Shown here in pieces: positions 1 to 12,680 of a stretch of 64,000 nucleotides of DNA. Numbering within the stretch: the first letter of the stretch is position 1; every line of letters begins with the position of its first letter. Below the pieces are notes generated by a model. That model did no database searches and was not told the origin of the DNA. It was given only the letters and a program-made list of their open reading frames with translations. Origin of the DNA: the human T2T-CHM13v2.0 reference genome, Homo sapiens; assembly GCF_009914755.1 (NCBI RefSeq), contig NC_060925.1; one strand, given 5' to 3'. The translations under genes were made by a program, and so were the position numbers.

Positions 1-46
1 GGCTGAGGCAGGAGAATGACTTGAACCTGGGAGGCAGAGGTTGCAG
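1..46 (+). mobile_element. Alu right-arm fragment, 3'-truncated (window edge on 5' side)
   Basis: GGCTGAGGCAGGAGAATGACTTGAACCTGGGAGGCAGAGGTTGCAG matches the Alu right arm; stops before TGAGCC... and has no A-tail. Confidence 0.9.
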
Positions 47-249
47 AAGGTAAAAAATTAATATATGATGTAAAACCTCCAGTGGGTTCTGGTGCAATAT
101 CTTGCAATTAAGCATATTAATATTTTTGTAGTAAAACATCTGAATATCGATAACAAGTGGCCTAAAGACTAGCCACACACAATTTCAGATCAGCATGTGC
201 TAAGTGCATTTACTCAAATTTACCCTAAAATGTTTAGTTTTCAATTAAA

Positions 250-1165
250 GACAATTCACAAACTATAGGGAAACAATATTTGAAATACATGTATCTGACA
301 AAGGGTTCATTTCTAAAATATATAAAGAACTCTAACAAATCAATAATTTTAAAAATGGGCAAAAAAGAAAGCAAGCCACTTCACAAAACAGAATATACAG
401 ATAGCCAGTGAGCAAATATAAAAGCACTCAACATCATTAATCATCAGTAAACACAAATTAAAACCATGATGTGACACCATTTCACATCCATTAGAAGGCC
501 CCACGTCTGAAACATCAAGACTGATCATGCTAAATGTTGGTGAGGATGAGTGATCAGAACACTCATACTCTGCTGGTGAGAGTACAAAATGACATAACCA
601 CTTCAGAGAATTATTTTGCACTTCCTTATTAATCTAAATATCTACTCTATGACCCAGTAATTTCATTCCTCGGTATGTACCCAAGAAAAATAAAAATATA
701 TACCAACCGAAAGACTTAGACAAGGATGGCTGTAGCAGCCTTACTCCTAATAACCAACAATTGAAAGCAATCCAAATTTCATCGACAGAAGGATATGCAA
801 AGTATACTATGTTTATATAATAGAATGCCACTCAGAAAAAGAGGAATAGACTGCTGATACAATGTGGATGAATCTCAAAACTTTTTTGAATGAAAGAATT
901 CAGACACAAAAACGAACATACTATACGATTGTTTACATGAAATCTAAGAACAGGTAAAACTAATCTGTGATGATAGTAATCAGAAGGTGATTCCTGGGAG
1001 CATTGTAGGAAAAGGGTAATTTAAGGAAACTATGAAGTGATGAAAATGGTTTATATCTTATTTTGAGTGGGAAATAACACGGGTGTATCCAGTTGTCAAA
1101 GCTCATCTAACTGAACACTTGGGATCTAGTATTTTACATAAATTCTACCTCAATCTCTTTAAAAA
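250..1165 (+). mobile_element. Old L1M (L1ME/L1MD-like) ORF2 end and 3'UTR
   Basis: TATCTGACAAAGGG...AAAATGGGCAAA...CACTTCACAAAA...CTCAACATCATTAATCATCAG...TGGATGAATCTCAAAA; highly diverged. Confidence 0.8.
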
Positions 1166-2183
1166 ACCTATTTTCAGAGTTGTTTTTTCACTTTGGAATT
1201 GCAGGTAAAGGACTGTGGACCTGTATTAAATGCTTGCTTTTTGACAACTCTTCCCTCCAATGGAAGCAGTTAAACACATTCAGAGGAATTCTGCTGTTAA
1301 GGACTGTTGGCCTGAGGATTCAAATCTTGGTGATCGTTTAATTTTTCACAGACAAATCTCACACAGTCTGGCTTGATAAATCAAGGACGATTACTTCAAA
1401 GATAGAAAATGTAATTTTGCATTAAAAGCCTCAAAGTACAACCCAGGTTAATAAACCCAGTAGATAATATTTACATCTTAAAGAAAAGACTCCAAATTTT
1501 TTCTAGCCACCGCATCCCCTGTGTTCCAAATTGTTGTCTTGTTAATTTTCCAGCTGATGGGCAGAGTAAAACTGAGAGAGGAGACTTCATTTGTCTCCAC
1601 TCGTTGTTGAGGGGTCCTCAGATGGGGCACCTGCTGTTTATTCACTCCTATTGGGTTTCAACATTCCAATCACATAGCAATGCTAGGACTTGAAGTTCCT
1701 TTCAGATTATATTCCATGTTGTACAATAAACACTCAACTTCAACAGGAAAATTCTTTCCAGTTACCAGGTAGAGCACTGGCTACAATTAAGAATCTTTGG
1801 GGAATGACTTAATGAAGACATCCTAACCAGATGCTGCTCTCTTCATTAAATGAAGCTTTGAAAAGGATGAAGCACTTGAAAAGCTAGGATTATCTTTTAC
1901 ATGATTGTCTATGGCATACAAAACTACATTTGCATCTCTGCCTGTTTCTAGCCTAAAGAAAATTCAAAACAACTAACATTAAATCTTCAAATTGTGTTAT
2001 ATCTTCCTTCAATTAAAGTTCATTGAGAAAACTCTCCATATTTACTTTATATTGTTGTCTTTATTTGGTTGTGATCTACTGTGTGAATGGTAGAAAGCAA
2101 ACAAAACTATGCACTTATGAAAAAATATATTACAAATTATGTTAATTATACAAGTCTTAAGACAATTCACTGTTTATTCCTGT

Positions 2184-2572
2184 AAGAGGCAGTGTGGAAT
2201 AGAAGAAATGACACAAGTTTGGTAGCATGCCAATATGGATCGAAACAGCCATTTTTCTTAGCCATGGAACCACGGGCACTTTCTTGCTACTATTTAAGTC
2301 CTAGTTTCCTCATCAGTAAAGTGAGGATGATAATATTAATTACTTCAGTAACTACTACAAAGAGTTACTGAAAGAATTAATGGAGATAATATTTGTAAAT
2401 GTCTAGTAGAGCAGCCCCATATTTAACTTCTCTAGAAAATTACTGAGCACATTATTTCAATTTGCTTCAATTTTCTATCTGTAAAATGAGGGTAATGAAA
2501 CCTTCCTTATAGGGTAAAATTAACATGTGTAAAACACTTAACTACTGGCCAATAAAAAGATACTAATATTAG
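2184..2572 (+). mobile_element. Two adjacent MIR fragments
   Basis: MIR core AGTTTCCTCATCAGTAAAGTGAGGATGATAAT (~2303) and TTTTCTATCTGTAAAATGAGGGTAAT (~2471). Confidence 0.7.
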
Positions 2573-2904
2573 TACTGTTTCTCTCCATTCCTCCCATTTA
2601 TGATATGAACATTCTTATGTTACCTCTTGCCACTTCACTATTGGTGTGAATCTTTACCCATTATTGAGAATTAAACTCCAGAAATGCTCAAAGTTTGAAT
2701 CAGTATTGCACTGACTGGCCCCTTAGTCTTCAGAACATAGGAACACGATAATAAAGCTGTTTGATTCAAGAAGCTCAGGGCATAACCAAAATGCAGCAAG
2801 ATCTCTACAGGAAAGAGGGTATTTTTTTCCAGGAGAGGGTGGGGAAAGGATGAGGGCTGTGGAGGATCCTGAGAGTAAGGGATCACCTTAACTAAAAGAG
2901 AGTC

Positions 2905-3003
2905 ATAGCACTTCTCTGGAGCAGAACTGCCTTTTCCTGATCCCCAATGCCTGACAGAGTCCTTGGTACATACTATGTGTTCAAGTAATATAAGCTGAAC
3001 TAA
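2905..3003 (+). mobile_element. L2 3' end fragment
   Basis: ATCCCCAATGCCTGACAGAGTCCTTGGTACATAC...TGTTCAAGTAATAT resembles the L2 terminus. Confidence 0.55.
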
Positions 3004-3104
3004 GTATCTTGTTCAAACTTCCCTGATCTGAAAAGAGCTTCCCTGAATCTCCCCAAAAGGCCTAAACATGCCTAAACACCAGCATATTTAGTGATTTGCA
3101 TTAA

Positions 3105-3645
3105 GACTCTTAAAGGTAATTCATACACATTAATCAAGTAATTCTGCTTCTCATAATATACTCTAAGGAGAAAATCAGTTGTGAATGAAATTTGTTGTAC
3201 AAGAATATTCAATGCAGATTTATAATAGTATAAAATTAAAAATAAAAATCCAACAAAAGGAAAGGAGTTACAAAAATTGTGTTAAATGCTTAACATGGAA
3301 TTTTACAGAAATACCAATAATCATGTTTCCAAAGTTTACTTGATAACTGAAAAATATTTATAAAAACTATTAAGTGAAAAAGCACTTGTATATATACAGA
3401 GCTCGTTGTATAAAGAACATGACCAGTGTATTTTACCTCCAAAATAAATATGTACATAAATATATATACAATTTTACACACAAACATATAAGTATATAAA
3501 GACAGGAATAAATTATTCTAAAATGTGAATGGTGACTATCTCTGGCAAGGCCATGGAAAATTTTTATTTGTTTTTCTTTTAGTTTTATGTATTTTCTAAT
3601 TTCCTGTAATGACTTCATTTTACTTTTATAAATAAAAACATTTTA
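3105..3645 (+). mobile_element. L1ME 3'UTR fragment
   Basis: CAAGTAATTCTGCTTCT...AAGAATATTCAATGCAG...GGTGACTATCTCTGG...TTTTACTTTTATAAATAAAAA. Confidence 0.6.
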
Positions 3646-3699
3646 AATTGCAATCCATGTTGAAGAGCCAAAAAAACAAAAAATAGTAAATATAAAACC

Positions 3700-4040
3700 A
3701 CTTTATAGAATGAAACTTTAGGCCTGGCTTTGCCCTTTTGTACCATGTAACCACAGACTAGTTCTCTACTGGTTTACAGTTTCCACTTCTGTATTTGTTA
3801 AGAACAATAATTCCTACTATTCAGTATTGTTGACAGGATTAGAAATAACACATGGAAAAAGTCTAGAATATTACAGTTGTTCGGTGAATGACAGGTATTC
3901 TCATTGTCATTTACATTCTGCCTTACATTATTTTAACTTGATTTTTGACATCTATATTAATAAAGTATAATCCCCATGAGGAAAGTGCTTATCTGTATTC
4001 CCCACAGCACCAGGTATAAAGTTTTATGAAGAGCAAGCTT
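3700..4040 (+). mobile_element. MIR followed by L2 3' fragment
   Basis: CAGTTTCCACTTCTGTA...GACAGGATTAGAAATAA (MIR core); TGTATTCCCCACAGCACCAGGTATA (L2 end). Confidence 0.5.
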
Positions 4041-4639
4041 TCAATTAAGCCCACAAAATTGTAGCAAAATAAAGAACTTGAAATAAACTTGAAAAATACT
4101 TCCAAAGGTGATCGTTATCTACAGCCACATAACATAATATAGGAAGGATCTCACATACAAAGTTGCAGGTACAGTCACTCATAGTGTTATCTCTTTCTCC
4201 AGTGAATTTTAGAATATGATTGATAATGCCGGCCTTGAATTCTTTCTCAAAACCAAACTTGAATAAGTGGCAAGTACTGTACAAAGCAAGCCAGTTCCAT
4301 CTTTCAAAATATTTACAGTTTAAGACAGAGAAGTTTTAAAATTGGAAGAAAGCATTAAATGCAAATTATATTTAAGTTCTCTCTTCTAAAACCATAAAAT
4401 ACAAATTATTTAGTCTGTGAAAACTAAATGAGATTGTGTATATGGACACATTATAAGTGACATACATGCTATTACTACCAATGTTTTAAACATATATTCA
4501 TATCACCCTGTATCTGTTCTTCATAACACTTACTGCTTGTATTTAAATATTGTATTAGAAGCCCCTAATCTGACCCTGTTCCAAGTTCATTGCATACCAA
4601 GCTCCACTTGGAGTCTGCTCCAGCACTCCGACTTTCATC

Positions 4640-5068
4640 CCTCCCTCAAACTTTCATGATCTCTCCTACCACAAGGAACGGCCAACATTGTTTTCAGTGC
4701 CTCAAATGCTCTTTCCTCTGCCCTTTGTCTTCTTAACTCTTCATTTCTCTGCTCTCGATTCTTGTGTCACTCTTCAAACAAGTCTTCCTGATTATCTCCA
4801 ACCTAATGGAATCTGTCTTCCATTAGCAATGCACCAAGTACCTCTCCTTCATTGGCATGGCCAAAGTTATACTTTTTACTAAGCGATGCCTATTAGGCAC
4901 TCAACAAACAACTGCAAGAATAATAAATAATATCTTTATGGGCCTATGACAAACTGGACTTGGGATCAAGAACAAGATTCAAGTTCTGGCTGACTCAGGT
5001 ACCTCTCCATTTAGCACTATGCTATGTTGTCAGCTATATAACCTTGGAAAAATTATTGAGCTTCCCTT
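4640..5068 (+). mobile_element. L2 fragment then MIR fragment
   Basis: Pyrimidine-rich L2 3' region ending TAGGCACTCAACAAACA...GAATAA; GATTCAAGTTCTGGCT...ACCTTGGAAAAATTATTGAGCTTC (MIR). Confidence 0.5.
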
Positions 5069-5069
5069 T

Positions 5070-5138
5070 CTTGTTTTTGGTTATATCAGGAACTATTTTG
5101 AAGTGGCTTAAGCCAAGCCAAATCTATTGGCTCAAGTA
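5070..5138. mobile_element. MLT1J/K-like MaLR LTR, first part (interrupted by L2)
   Basis: TGGCTTAAGCCAAG...ATCTATTGGCTCAAGTAACTGGAAAG matches the recalled MLT1J/K segment TGGCTTAAGC...TTTATTGGCTCATGTAACTGAAAAG. Confidence 0.55.
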
Positions 5139-6858
5139 ACTGGAAAGAGAATGTCCTCACACTCCAATCTCCCATATCTAACCCATAATAGCATCTATTT
5201 CTATAGACTGCCTTCTTTCCTATTACTATCAATTAACTCTATTTTCCCGTTAAGTCTTCCTCCACTAGCACCCTTGATTCCATCCTTCTCTCCCCTATTC
5301 AACAAACTTGATCCAGCAATTCTTCCATGTCCTTACCTATCATCATTTTTTTTTCTTTCTTGTGGATCATTCCCACTGCCATACAAATATGCTATGATTT
5401 CTCCTATCTTAAAGAATAAAATACTTCAAAAAAATTAATCTATGTCCCCAGTGAAATACTGCCTTATTTGCTCCCCTTTGCAGCAAAAAATTCTCTTAAA
5501 AAAAAAGCTGTCTGTGCTCACTGTCTGCCACTTTCCTCCCCCAATCTCTTGGGTGCACTCCAGGCAAGCTTTTGCTCCAGTTAATTCACTGAAACTACCT
5601 CTTTGATACTTCTCCTGGCAAGGTCATCAGTAGACCCAGGCTGACCCACTTGACATAGTTAACCATTCCTTCCTTCTTGATCTACTTTATTCTCTTGTCT
5701 GCCAGAGCACCACCCTCTGCTGGTTTCTCCCCAGCTTTATAGTTCACCCCACTCATCCACTGTCATATAATCAAATGCCTTCTGTATATGCTGATGAAAC
5801 CCAAATTTATCTCTCTTAGATTCATTTTCCTATTTCCAGGCTCATATATTTAATTCTTTACCATCATATCTGCTCAGAGGACTAACAGCTGTCTTAAACT
5901 CAACATGTCCCAAACTGAACTCCTGCTCCACCTACTGCCTTCCCCACCTCAGCTGATAGTGATGACATTTGTCAGTTGCTCAGGGTAAAAAAACTTGATG
6001 TCATCATTGATCCTTCTCTTTTGGTCATAATACTATCCAATCCCTCAGGAAATCTTGTTGGCCTGCATTTAAATCCATAATCCAGTCATTTCTCACATCC
6101 TTGTTCAAGTCGCCAGTAATTATCTCTCCCATGAATTATTAAAATAGCCTCCTTATCAGTTTTCCTATTTCTATTGTTGACCAATCTGATAGTATTTTTC
6201 AACAAATCCCTTAAATGTATAAATCAGATTATTTCACTTTTCTGCTCAAACCTGACGATGGTTCCACATTTTACAAAGATAAAAACAAAAATTCTTAAAA
6301 CAGCTACACAGCCCCACATAATCTGGACCTACTTCCTTTTACCTCTCTGATCTTATCCCCTTCAACACTTCCCTCAAATAGATTCTGCCACACTGACCAC
6401 CTGTCACTAGTATATACCTGGCACACTCTTACTGAAGGTCAATGCACTTGCTGTTTCATCTCCCTGGATCACGCTTCTTCCAGATACTCCTTTGCCATAC
6501 TCCCTTACTTTTTTCAAATATTTGTTCAAAATGCCTACCTTGATTCTCTTATTTAAATTGAAACCTACCTACCTCCCTTCTCCCAGCATTGCCAATTTAT
6601 TTTCTTACCCTATGCAATTCCCCCTACTCCATGAGATTTATCATTCTTTTACATACTGTGCAATTTACTTAAATATTTTGTTTATTGTCTGCCTTTCCCT
6701 ATTAGAATGTAAGTTCACAAAGCAAACATTTTCAACTGTTTTGGATCCCCAAAACCTAGAAAACCCCCAAAACCTAGAATCCCCAAAACCTAGAAATCCC
6801 CAAAACAGTGCCTAGCATTTGACTTGTCAGGCACTCAGTATCTATTGGATGAACGGGG
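5139..6858 (+). mobile_element. L2 (L2a-like), ~1.7 kb 3' portion
   Basis: CACTGAAACTAC, GCTGATGAAACCCAAATTTAT, AAACTCAACATGTCCCAAACTGAACTCC, TAGAATGTAAGTTC, ACAGTGCCTAGCA...GGCACTCAGTA. Confidence 0.85.
6745..6807 (+). repeat. ~17-bp minisatellite (ATCCCCAAAACCTAGAA) x3.7 at L2 3' end
   Basis: Units start at 6745, 6762, 6780, 6796. Confidence 0.9.
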
Positions 6859-7250
6859 ATATTAGAGGTGGAATGGGCCTCAGGAACAACTGGTTTCAGA
6901 AATAGTACCATGTCATCTGTCCAGACTTTCTGCATTCATCATCTCTGTTTTGTTTTCTGTGTCTTTAGCCTCTTTCTCTCCCACTACAGGTGAATTTCTT
7001 CTGCAGTATGCGGGGGTGTGAGATGGGGATGAGGCCACAGAGAGCCTCATATTTATAATGTCCCAACTAAAAGTAAAGAGATAACTTTTCTCTTTTATAG
7101 TCAAAAAATCAAATTTCAGGGAAGGACTCTGACTCACCTGGTCAATGGGTGAAATAATTAGCCAAATCTGGGTCACAGAACCACTCTTGTTAGGAGTAGA
7201 ATCTTGTAACTGACTGCCTTATGCATGGGCTAAGTGACATTTCCAAAATG
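6859..7250. mobile_element. MLT1J/K-like MaLR LTR, second part
   Basis: GGCCTCAGGAACAACTGG...CATGTCATC...CAGGGAAGGACTCTGACTCACCTGG. Confidence 0.55.
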
Positions 7251-7576
7251 TAGCAGAATATTACAAATCTAATGGGCTGGAAGTATCAAAAGAGGATAGC
7301 TACATTTTCTTATTTCTCTAATTTTTTTTCTTTTCTATTATCCTTTTCTTAATTCTAGTTTGTTCTCTTTAGTAGTAGGGCATATGTTGTTTGTTAAAAC
7401 CCATGTCTCTAACTGCAATATTAAAAATCTGGAAAACATCACCCAAAGCCTTTAGATGCAGCAAAAAAAAAAAAAAAAAAAGGAGTGTGAAGTTGAAAAC
7501 TGAAGAGAAAATTACCCATGAAAACGTTTATTGGTGGTGCATGCCTAGTAAACTCTTCATGACAATCACAAAATAA

Positions 7577-7800
7577 CTTACCTATGAGTCATATTTAGCA
7601 TGTACAAAATATATGCACATATTAATGATCATACATCCTTTCAAGATAAGTGATTATTAACCACAGTTTACAGATGACACATCTGAGGGATAAAATATTT
7701 ATTGTCACAGTGTCACAAAGCAATGAAATAATGGATCCTAGATTCAAGTTTTGGTCCTTTGAATACAGATGTCATGAACTTCTTACTATACACCACCACT
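7577..7800 (-). mobile_element. MIR
   Basis: CAGTTTACAGATGACACATCTGAGG...GATTCAAG, antisense MIR core. Confidence 0.65.
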
Positions 7801-8389
7801 TGCTCATAAAAATTTTACTAGCAAGTAACATATCATCTATCACGTTAAAGTTTTCACAATGGCCACATACTTACCCAGCACCCAATTGGCACCATCAAGA
7901 ATAGACAACTATAGAATTCTCTCCATGCCAGACTGAGTCCAGTCCTTGGCAAGATGACCAAATGTATGCTTTTATTCCTTCTAGTATCTATATGGGAGAT
8001 ACTGATGTGCTAGAAATGAATGGGTATTCTACACTTTCCATCCAATCTTCAAGATCAGTATCCCTAGAAAATGTTTTACCTACTATGCCTGAATCAGTCC
8101 AAAATTTATTAAGAAATGAAAATTCTTTCAAAGGTTAAGTAAGGATGGGAATGTTCCGTCATCCTGTCCTATTTTTGTCCTCTCGGCTGCAATGATTCAT
8201 CATAGTTTTAGGAAAGTGTTTCATGAGAGGTTTTATAAACAGATTCATACTGGCTTGGTGTATGAATGAACACCTCCCACTGATTCTGGGTGAGAAAACA
8301 AATTTTATACAAAATTATGTACTAGTTTCTAGCTAATGCTTCCCCTTCCTACACAACAGTGAAAATATAGTCACTAAGGTGCTAGAAGA

Positions 8390-8875
8390 AGTATAAGATA
8401 GTGATTAGAAACATGGATCCAAAGGTCAGAACACCCCGGTACAAATTTCAGTTCTGTCACTTGCTATCTGTACAATTTTGGACAACTACTTTTCTTGCCA
8501 CCTCCCCTTTCTTTTTAATTTTTTATTTCCATAGGTTTTTGGGGAACAGGTGGTATTTGGTTACGTAAGTAAGTTCTTTAGTGGTGATTTGTGAGATTTT
8601 GGTGACCCATCACCTAAGCAGTATACACTGAACCCAATTTGTAGTCTTTTATCCCTCGCCTCCCTCCTACCCTTTCCCCTGAGTTCCCAGAGTCTGTTGT
8701 ACCATTCTTATGCCTTTGCATCCTCATAGCTTAGCTCCCACTTATGAGTGTCTTTAAAAACGGGACTGGTAATAGATCCTATTTCATAGGATTGCTGTGA
8801 GTACTCAAAGAATTCTATAAAAAGCACTTAGAACAGCGCCAGGAAAACTATAAATGTTATATAAGACTGTTGCTA
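8390..8875 (+). mobile_element. MIR split by an L1PB insertion
   Basis: GTACAAATTTCAGTTCTGTCACTTGCTATCTGT before the L1; TAAAAACGGGA...ATTTCATAGGATTGCTGTGAG...AAAGCACTTAGAACAGCGCC after it. Confidence 0.7.
8511..8750 (-). mobile_element. L1PB (L1PB1-like) 3' end, 5'-truncated
   Basis: TTTTATTTCCATAGGTTTTTGGGGAACAGGTGGTATTTGGTTAC...TTCTTTAGTGGTGATTTGTGAGATTTTGG...CTCATAGCTTAGCTCCCACTTATGAGTG. Confidence 0.85.
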
Positions 8876-9005
8876 CCATTTTATCTAACTTGTCATTTTA
8901 CAGGTGAGGAAACTGAGGCAAAACTTGTATAATTCATCCAAGGTCATAAATCTAGTGTATAAACATCTGACACCTCGTTATCCATTTGCTTTTATACACA
9001 CTATT
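8876..9005 (-). mobile_element. MIR
   Basis: CATTTTACAGGTGAGGAAACTGAGGC...CCAAGGTCAT. Confidence 0.8.
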
Positions 9006-10186
9006 TTGTCTTTTATATCCTGTCTTTTAATACATGGAAAAATTTCCATTCATTAAGCGTAAATGTTAAAAACAAACTGTATATTACATGAGAACCAACG
9101 TGGCTGCCTTGAAGACCTACAATACTTTTGGTAGTAAATAGTTCCAGGTGTGTAACTGAAGGACTCTGAGAATGATGCACAAGCCAAGTCATATTTTAAA
9201 ACTCATTTAGACATCTTGATGAGGGCAATGAGGGACATGTCTTGTTTTTCTGGGATTATGATTTCATTGCTTTGCATGAGTAAAGACCTATTTCTTTCCT
9301 TTTCACTTCAGTTAATTTGCTCTGCAAATAGGCATCAACAGAGATATACTTAATAAAGTGTGAAACATAAAAATGGAAAACTTCCTATTTGTTTCAACCA
9401 AATATATGGGAGAGAAACAGTGCACTCACTAGCGTTGGCCATGCATTCGTCAAGGTGCAGTGTCAAAGTCAATGTGTGTTACAGTGAAGGATGTTGCATT
9501 CAAAGGCTGGCCTTGCTATATAAAGCAGGACATATGAAAGCCCAATATACCATCTAGGCTATGAATTACCTTTCCCTTTTCTATTTGCCACCTCCTTCCC
9601 TTTTATTTTTAATGATAATGAAATTGAATTAGGTATTACATGTCAACCTGAGCCATGTGTCTTCAGTGTCCTTGCATTTATCATCAAATACAGTGCATGC
9701 CACCTCAGTACACACTTCCAGGCTGGGCTGCTTTCCTGTCTGGTCCAACGCACAAGGACAGAGCAGACATATCAGAGATTGACAATAAGGCACACTGATG
9801 TAATGTATATAATGTGTCACATTGACAAGTCACCCCAGGAAACACTAAAGGGCCCAGCCAACACTGTTTTTATTATAGCAATGCTTTTTTTTAGAAGAAA
9901 TCTATGTTAAGACAGATTGATTTGTAGATAATTTGAAGGTAAAATAGTTGCTATCACTTCTGAAGAGATGCCAATACTTAGTCCTATTCTCAAATATTTA
10001 GTTATGTATCTAATATATAGTTTATCTTAGAATACTGGCTTAGTCTATCTTAGAACAGTGAATAAATTATATGATGGAATGTAAACAATCATTAGTTAAG
10101 AAAGTTGTCCTGAATATCTGTAGCCTAAGAACACAGTGGAATTGACCAAAATATTCTTTAGCAACATGTAATCTCTACCTTCATTT

Positions 10187-10950
10187 TTGTATTCATTCAT
10201 CTATTCATCAAGGTTTTCTTTAGACTTCTTTGTCACAATGTGAAGCAGTAGGGATACATTGTCCATCATTCTACCCATGGGGCTCAATGACTAGTGAAGG
10301 GAGTAAATATATTCAGATAATTTCAGTGTACACACCTTGGAATGTAGTGAGTTCAAAGCACATCTCTGAATGACTGGCCAGCTATGAATTATTAACACAG
10401 CTTATGTTTTATATAATATAGGTATAAATACAGTACTGAGGGAGGAAAGACTACCTCTGCCTCCAGGAGCATGAGTTGTGAGAGGAAAAAACATAAGCAA
10501 TGGGTCTTGAAGGATTATAAGAGAGTCAAAAGGAGAATATGGAAGAGGGGCATTTTAAACACAGGGATTAGCCTGCGCAAAGGCACAAAAGCCCAAGAAG
10601 GTGTGACATGCTTGGGGCCGAGTTATAAACTCAAGTGTTGTATATCTGCTCATATCGTGGTTAAAGTTAGGAAAAAACACAGCCAAAAGGATAGACTCGA
10701 GTCGAATTTTATTCCATGCAAAACCCTTTTTACTTTATCTTATGGTCATTACAGGATCACCAAAAAGTTGAAGCAAGACTGTGATGTGGCATTTTGGGGA
10801 AAGGTAACTGGTGACAGTATAAAGTCTAAACTGAACCAGTGATGGCATAGTATCAGGAAGCCATTTACAAGACAAATGCAAAAGATGCTCCAAGCCAAAA
10901 AGGGTCAAAGTCCAAAAGGAGCAAAGCAGGGCAAATGGAACACAGAGCTG
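10187..10950 (-). mobile_element. L2 (L2c/d-like)
   Basis: Antisense tail ATTCATTCATCTATTCATCAA; GGGTCTTGAAGGAT...GCCTGCGCAAAGGCAC. Confidence 0.7.
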
Positions 10951-11692
10951 AATTTACAGTGGAAAAAAATCTCCTGTTCCCCCAAACACATTTCGCTCTT
11001 TCAACTGAAAACATCATTATAATAGCGAATTGCCTCGTTAAACCAGTCTTTGTTTAGGGATAGAGAAAAAACAGACACAGTTAGAAAGACTGAATGTGAG
11101 GAGATTTTGGGTAATAGTATTAACCCCGGAAGCAGGAAGCAATAGCATCTGATGGAGTGATATGACGAGATATGTGAATTAGACATTTTAAAACAATGTA
11201 GTAAAACTAGGGGGAATGTTAGCAATAACATTCTCATATTTCCAAAATACTTAGTAACAAACATGATTGGTGGTGGGGTGGAGGGATAACAAGCTTCTGA
11301 AGGCTCTGAAAATTGACTAAGGCTAGGCAATATGTTTTTCTTTGCTTACGGCAAGATTAGAGCAGATCTCACATTCAAACAAGACACGTAGAAGGAGAAA
11401 CACCCAAAGGGTACCCAATGGCCAGATGTCACCATTAAGTCATTGAGGCAAAGCAGGCAATGACAGGAAAAAGAAGGACTGAAGGAGCCTGCTGTCAGAT
11501 TTAGAGCTGGTTGTCAGTAGCTTGTCATGGATTAGCTAGGCACTGTTGGCCCAACAGCCATGGTAAATTGAAGTCAGTGCATATCCATAAATCTTGCCTT
11601 CATCTACAACATACAGCATCCTCTGCTTCTCAGACCCTTTCAGTTGCTTATGGGTCATAATCAAACTGAAAGGCATTCACTGTAAAAGTGGT

Positions 11693-12154
11693 TGTGGTGA
11701 GTTGAATGGTAGTCCTCCAACAGATATATCCACCCAGAACCTGTGAATGATGTGAGCTTATTTGAAAAAAAAAAAAAAAGGCCTTTCCACATGTACTTGA
11801 GATAAGGATCTCAAGATAGGATCATGCTGGATTAAAGTGGGTACTAAATCCAACGACAGTTGTCCTTAGAAGAGAGGAGAAGAGGAGTAGACACACAGTG
11901 AAAGGACCCTCTGAAACCAGAGTCAAATATCCAAGTGATGCATTTACAAGGCAAGGAACGTCAACAACTGCAGGCAACCACCAGAAGCTAGGAGAGAGGC
12001 TTGGAACAGATTCTTCCCAAGAGCCTCTAGAAAAACAACAGCAACAACAACTTGATTTTGGATTTATGGTCTCTAGAACTATAAGCTAATAAATTTCTGT
12101 TGCCTTAAGCCACCCACTTTGAGGTAATTTTTTACAACACAGAAAACTAATATA
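11693..12154 (+). mobile_element. MLT1C-like MaLR solo LTR
   Basis: TGTGGTGAGTTGAATGG...CCACCAGAAGCTAGGAGAGAGGC...AATAAATTTCTGTTGCCTTAAGCCACCCA...AAACTAATA. Confidence 0.85.
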
Positions 12155-12348
12155 ATGGCCTTATTCTAATGTTGGAGTTAGCAGTTCCCAGTTGGGCAGT
12201 CATAGACATGTTATGCATTTGGGGTGTTCAGATTTGAATCTACCTGACTTGCTCTAAAACACAACTGCAGATTTTAGTTTGAGGACACAATTAAAAGATT
12301 CAAATAGCAGATGGATATTTTAAATGTCACCCTAAAAAACTGCTTTTA

Positions 12349-12680
<332 letters not shown>

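Noticed and set aside
4045-4284. 79-aa minus-strand ORF in non-repeat DNA
   Set aside because: No recognisable homology, non-ATG start, weak splice context
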